NCBI RefSeq assembly: GCF_037042905.1
Contig: NC_087251.1
Span: 42,844,001-42,908,000, forward strand
Source of the DNA: Lytechinus pictus
Lineage: Eukaryota
DNA length: 64,000 bases
Direction of reading: 5' to 3'
The notes beneath the pieces are model-generated. The model saw only the letters and a list, made by a program, of their open reading frames with translations, had not been told where the DNA came from and ran no database searches. Below, piece after piece: positions 61,074 to 64,000 of the stretch (the stretch's first letter is position 1; every line of letters starts with the position of its first letter). The translations under genes were made by a program, and so were the position numbers.

Positions 61074-63600
61074 GGGCGTTCCACAGTTGAAATGAAGTCC
61101 ATGTCATTTTCACCAAACTTTGCAGAGAGTTACTTTGGTATCTATGAATTATGAAAATGCAAAAAATAATATAGGTTCAAGTGCTTATTTTTTTTCTACG
61201 GGTCTTCAAAGTCGCCGTATTTGAATGATATGCAATCTTGCGCAATCAAGAGAATTTTGCCTCTCTTAGACCTCACGAATTCACCAAATGAGTTTAAATC
61301 ATCTTTACTCAGTGGATATCGCATCAAACTTCATCAAATTTTCAAGATATATAACAAAGTGTATACCAAAGTAAGAGAAAGCCTTTTAATTGGTAAAACT
61401 ATATCTATTTGGAGTCAGCAGCGCCCTCATTTGGCAAGAATGGTGCAAAAACACGGAAAAAGCAAATCTTCAAAGACGTGAATCTACTCAAAAAATTTAA
61501 AAAGTATTTTGTAAGCTGCACTTTTTTCAACATCCATGTCATTTTCATCAAATTCTGCTAATTTGTAAAGGAATGCATATCGAAGGTGTAGGGAAGTTAA
61601 AAATATGGGGTCCATGTGCTCGTTTTTTAACTATGAGTGTCCAAAGTGATGCGAGTTGGCATGGAAATCGCCGAAAATGCGCCCAAAACGTGCAAAAGTT
61701 TAATAATATCGTCTAAAATGCGAATGGTTCCGTATTTTTGCCCCCGAACATTCAAAATCCATGTCATTTTCATCATACTCTCTAGATTTGTAGAAGAATA
61801 TATTCTGAAGACATTAAAATGTTAAAAATATGGGGTCCATGTGCTCGTTTTTAAACAATCGGTGTCCCAAATGTTGCAAGTTGGCTTGAAAATATTGAAA
61901 TGCGCCTAAAATGCGCCGAAAACGTGTAAAAGTCTATATACCCTCTAAAATGCAAATCATGGTTAAGTAGTTTTGCTCCCTAACATTCAAAATCTATGTC
62001 ATTTTCATCATACTCTTTAGATTTGTAGAGGAATATATTCTAAAGACATTAGAATATTAAAAATATGGGGTCCATGTGCTCGTTTTTAGACTATCAGTGT
62101 CTAAACTGTTGCGAGTTGGCTTGAAACAGCCCATAATGCGCCGAAAACAAGTAAAAGTCAGATAATACCATCCACAATGTCTGAATGTCTAAAATACGAA
62201 TGGTTCCGTAGTTCTGCTCCTAAACATTCGAAATCCATGTCATTTTCATCATACTCTCTAGATTTGTAGAGGAATATATTCTGAAGAAGTTAAAATATTA
62301 AAAGTATGGGCTCCATGTGCTCGTTATCAGACTATCAGTGTCTTAATTGTTGCGAGTTGGCTTGAAACAGTCTATAATGCGCCTAAACCGTTCGGGCAAA
62401 AGTCTAATACCGTCCAAAATGTCTAAAATACGAATGGTTCCTTAGTCCTGATCCCAAACATTCAAAATCCATGTCATTTTCATCATACTCTCTAGATTTG
62501 TAGAGGAATATATTCTGAAGAAGTTAAGATATTTAAATTATGGGGTCCATGTGCTCATTTTCAAATTATCAGTGTCCAGAGCATTGCGGGTTGGCTTGAA
62601 ACAGCCCAAAATGCGCCGAAAACAAGCAAAAGTCTGTTAATACCGTCTAAAATGCGAATGGTTCCGTAGTCTTGCTCCCAAACATTGAAAATCCATGTAA
62701 TTTTCATCATACTTTGCACATAGATACTTTAGCACCTGAATATTTCAAATATACAAAAATTCACATGGGTCCATGTGCTTGATTTTTTGCTATAGAGCTT
62801 CAAAGTTAACCCAAAATGGATGATGTTCTTAAGAATTGCGCATCCAAAAGAATTTGGCATTTTTAGACCTCACGAGATCACAACAATGAGTTTAAAACTC
62901 TATTAATCAGTCAAAATCTATAAAGATTTCATCAAATTTTGCAATATGATTAATAATTGTATCCGTAAGATGGATAATTGATTTATATTGCTGTCAATTG
63001 TTTGCTCATTGAAGTCTAACAACACTCTCAGTTCTTAGAAATTGCGGGAAAGATACTCAACCTCAAAAATTTCAAATTTCAATAACAAACTTGAGAAGTA
63101 AAAGAAATGCTGCACTTTAGTCAAAACCCGTGTCATTTTCACCAAACTTTGCAGAGTTGTATAGGAAGGTATACCTAAGAGGTGCAAACATAACAAATAT
63201 GGGTTCATGTGCTTGTTTTCAAACTATCAGCACTCTTATTAGAGCAAATTTGCTTCTTAAAACACCCGAAAACGCGCCAAAAGCTTTGTATCTATGTGAG
63301 GAAAAATTACGAACCACTTTTCCATTTATTCAAACTCGGGGTCATATTCATCATACTTTGCGGCACTACAGAGAAACTATTTTGAAATTGTAGAGGAATA
63401 AAAAAATGGTCCACGGAATAATTCCAGTTTATTAGCTTCATAAATAACACATCGGATCTGCAGTTAGTGCAGATAAGGAAAATAATCAGCTCACATTACC
63501 TACAGCTGATTAATCACCAGTTCATCCATTGTGACGTCAGCGCGCAGAGTGTAAAATATGCGCAGATCATGATGCGCACAAACATAACTGTGGAACGTCC
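61074..63600. mobile_element. 2.5-kb Kolobok-like non-autonomous element containing a tandem array
   Basis: TTAA|GGGCGTTCCACAGTT ... AACTGTGGAACGTCC|TTAA (14/15 TIR, TTAA TSD); no transposase-like ORF in the track. Confidence 0.85.
61533..62790 (+). repeat. Tandem array of ~224-241-bp units
   Basis: Anchor TC(C/T)ATGT(C/A)ATTTTCA at 61533, 61758, 61993, 62234, 62468, 62692; ATGGGGTCCATGTGCT-type motif in each unit. Confidence 0.93.
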
Positions 63601-64000
63601 TTAAGCAAATTTTATAAATTATTAAATTGAACTTTAATGCATGAGTGAACACAAATTACACTTTTAGGGCAGCATTTCAACTTTATCATTTTGATCTCTT
63701 TTTGGGCAGCATTTCAACTTTATCATGTGGATCTCAGCAATGTGTTCATGGGAGTCGGGAGAATAGGGGGTGAGATATGACTTAAGTGGGAGAAGTAGGT
63801 TGATGGAATAAGAGTCAACAGAACATTCAGCCCCCGCCCCCTCCCTCTTTCCTGCCCTCCCCTCCTGTTGAGAGACTGATGGCTATTGTCATGTACGCAT
63901 GAAGTCCAGAGCAGAATGTTGATTTCATGATTAATTTTGAATTGGGGCATCAACTTTTTCCTATCAATCATTTAATCAACAATTTATCAGTAAATCAACT

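Larger units (their letters stand above)
60765..63690. mobile_element. Tc1/mariner-type non-autonomous element (left TIR clear, right end degenerate) hosting a large insertion
   Basis: TA|CAGTGCGTCCCAAAAAA left end; TTACACTTTTAGGGCAGCATTTCAA near 63656-63680 partly complements left TTGAATTGGCTGCC...TGTAA. Confidence 0.55.

Noticed and set aside
61098..63360. CRISPR-like regularly spaced repeats
   Set aside because: Whole units are homologous with no unique spacers, period over 220 bp, eukaryotic context, no cas genes.

Overview
AT-rich animal genomic DNA; the repeat families suggest an echinoderm such as a sea urchin (inference). Two intron-containing genes converge. On +, the 3' part of YLPM1/ZAP3: nine coding exons at 3861-24439 encoding the P-loop kinase-like domain, the RVRW PP1-docking motif and the C-terminal ...ALNRTKYI*; its 5' exons lie upstream of the window. 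On -, a complete four-exon HLX/H2.0-like homeobox gene (56358->44576, about 491 aa, eh1 motif plus homeodomain). The rest is transposon-rich: a 5'-truncated L2/CR1-group LINE, many non-autonomous DNA transposons with readable TIRs and TSDs (Kolobok-, piggyBac-, PIF/Harbinger-, Tc1/mariner-, hAT-, CACTA- and Sola-like), SINE fragments and large microsatellites. The most interesting leads are all inferred from sequence and concern YLPM1 RNA processing: a candidate in-frame cassette exon inside the intron that splits the PP1 motif, complementary (CAT)n/(GAT)n tracts bracketing a stop-free phase-0 block of four exons, a LINE tail abutting a splice acceptor, a GC-AG intron and a likely 3'UTR intron. 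A TTAA-flanked element carrying a higher-order tandem array is also notable. No database searches were run; homology statements are from recall of the human proteins.
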